This document shows positions 63,654 to 64,000 of a stretch of 64,000 nucleotides of DNA, piece after piece. Source of the DNA: an uncultured cyanobacterium. GTDB lineage: Bacteria > Cyanobacteriota > Cyanobacteriia > Cyanobacteriales > Nostocaceae. The notes under the pieces are model-generated. The model ran no database searches and was not told the origin of the DNA. It worked only from the letters and a program-made list of their open reading frames with translations. The translations under genes were made by a program, and so were the position numbers. The stretch is taken from contig CAVUDP010000001.1 of assembly GCA_963740315.1 (NCBI GenBank), positions 640,001 to 704,000 on the forward strand, given 5' to 3'. Every line of letters starts with the position of its first letter. Positions within the stretch are counted from its first letter, which is position 1.

Positions 63654-64000
63654 TTATTTCCGCTTGAATTTAAAAGTCATTGCACCTTTACCTCCAGCTT
63701 TTCCACCACCAATTCCCAACAAGCTAATTTGCCCTTCACCATTAATTTCTACTGACAACTCTACTTCATCAAGCTGCATTTTGGAATTCGGCTCCTCTGC
63801 TTCATCAAGCATTTCTCTCATAGCCTGCATAAAACTCTTCATTTCTTGCTTGAGTTTCGTTACCTGTACGGCTTTTCTTTTGACAATAGCGATTCCTTCT
63901 TTATCTCTTTTGATAATTATCTCTTTGGTATCTCCACCAATGATTCCTCCAATATCGCGGCTTCCATTACGACTACCACGGTTATCTTCAGTAGGTACTG
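63654..64000 (-). CDS. Pepco-like (peptidase co-occurring) small protein, 5' end outside the window
   Basis: Frame is open to the window edge; LDEVELSVEINGEGQISLLG.GGKAGGKGAMTFKFKR C-terminus; directly upstream of the caspase. Confidence 0.7.
   Translation of the reverse strand, partial: VPTEDNRGSRNGSRDIGGIIGGDTKEIIIKRDKEGIAIVKRKAVQVTKLKQEMKSFMQAMREMLDEAEEPNSKMQLDEVELSVEINGEGQISLLGIGGGKAGGKGAMTFKFKRK

Overview
AT-rich chromosomal DNA from a cyanobacterium, most likely a heterocystous Nostocales member. This is inferred from frequent HIP1 octamers (GCGATCGC), heptameric STRR tracts, GTAG-type REP-like elements and the gene content. Housekeeping genes include photolyase, mtnB, ilvA, ilvB, feoAABC and a potC-like permease. 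Interspersed accessory loci: (1) an alginate-type EPS module (PL14 lyase, Alg8-like GT2 with a fused beta-helix, HlyD/Alg44-like protein) bracketed by a duplicated fragment of the neighbouring M90 peptidase gene; (2) a mosaic toxin-antitoxin cassette in which a 633-aa helical/HEPN-motif protein ends in an antitoxin-like tail directly upstream of a VapC PIN toxin; (3) an eroding tRNA gene array (~25.7-27.5 kb), two of whose genes carry the same 26-nt mini-element at the same position of the T-loop; (4) a type II R-M pair whose endonuclease is fused to an XRE/C-protein-like HTH; (5) a CHASE2/DUF928/filamentous haemagglutinin locus with several lesions; (6) a 6 x 66-bp structured tandem repeat that is not a CRISPR; (7) an intact IS200/IS605 element (tnpA + tnpB) inserted at the stop codon of a Pepco-caspase-FGE/C-lectin locus whose 3' end has the codon signature of a DGR variable region. 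All family assignments come from motif recognition by eye; no database searches were run.
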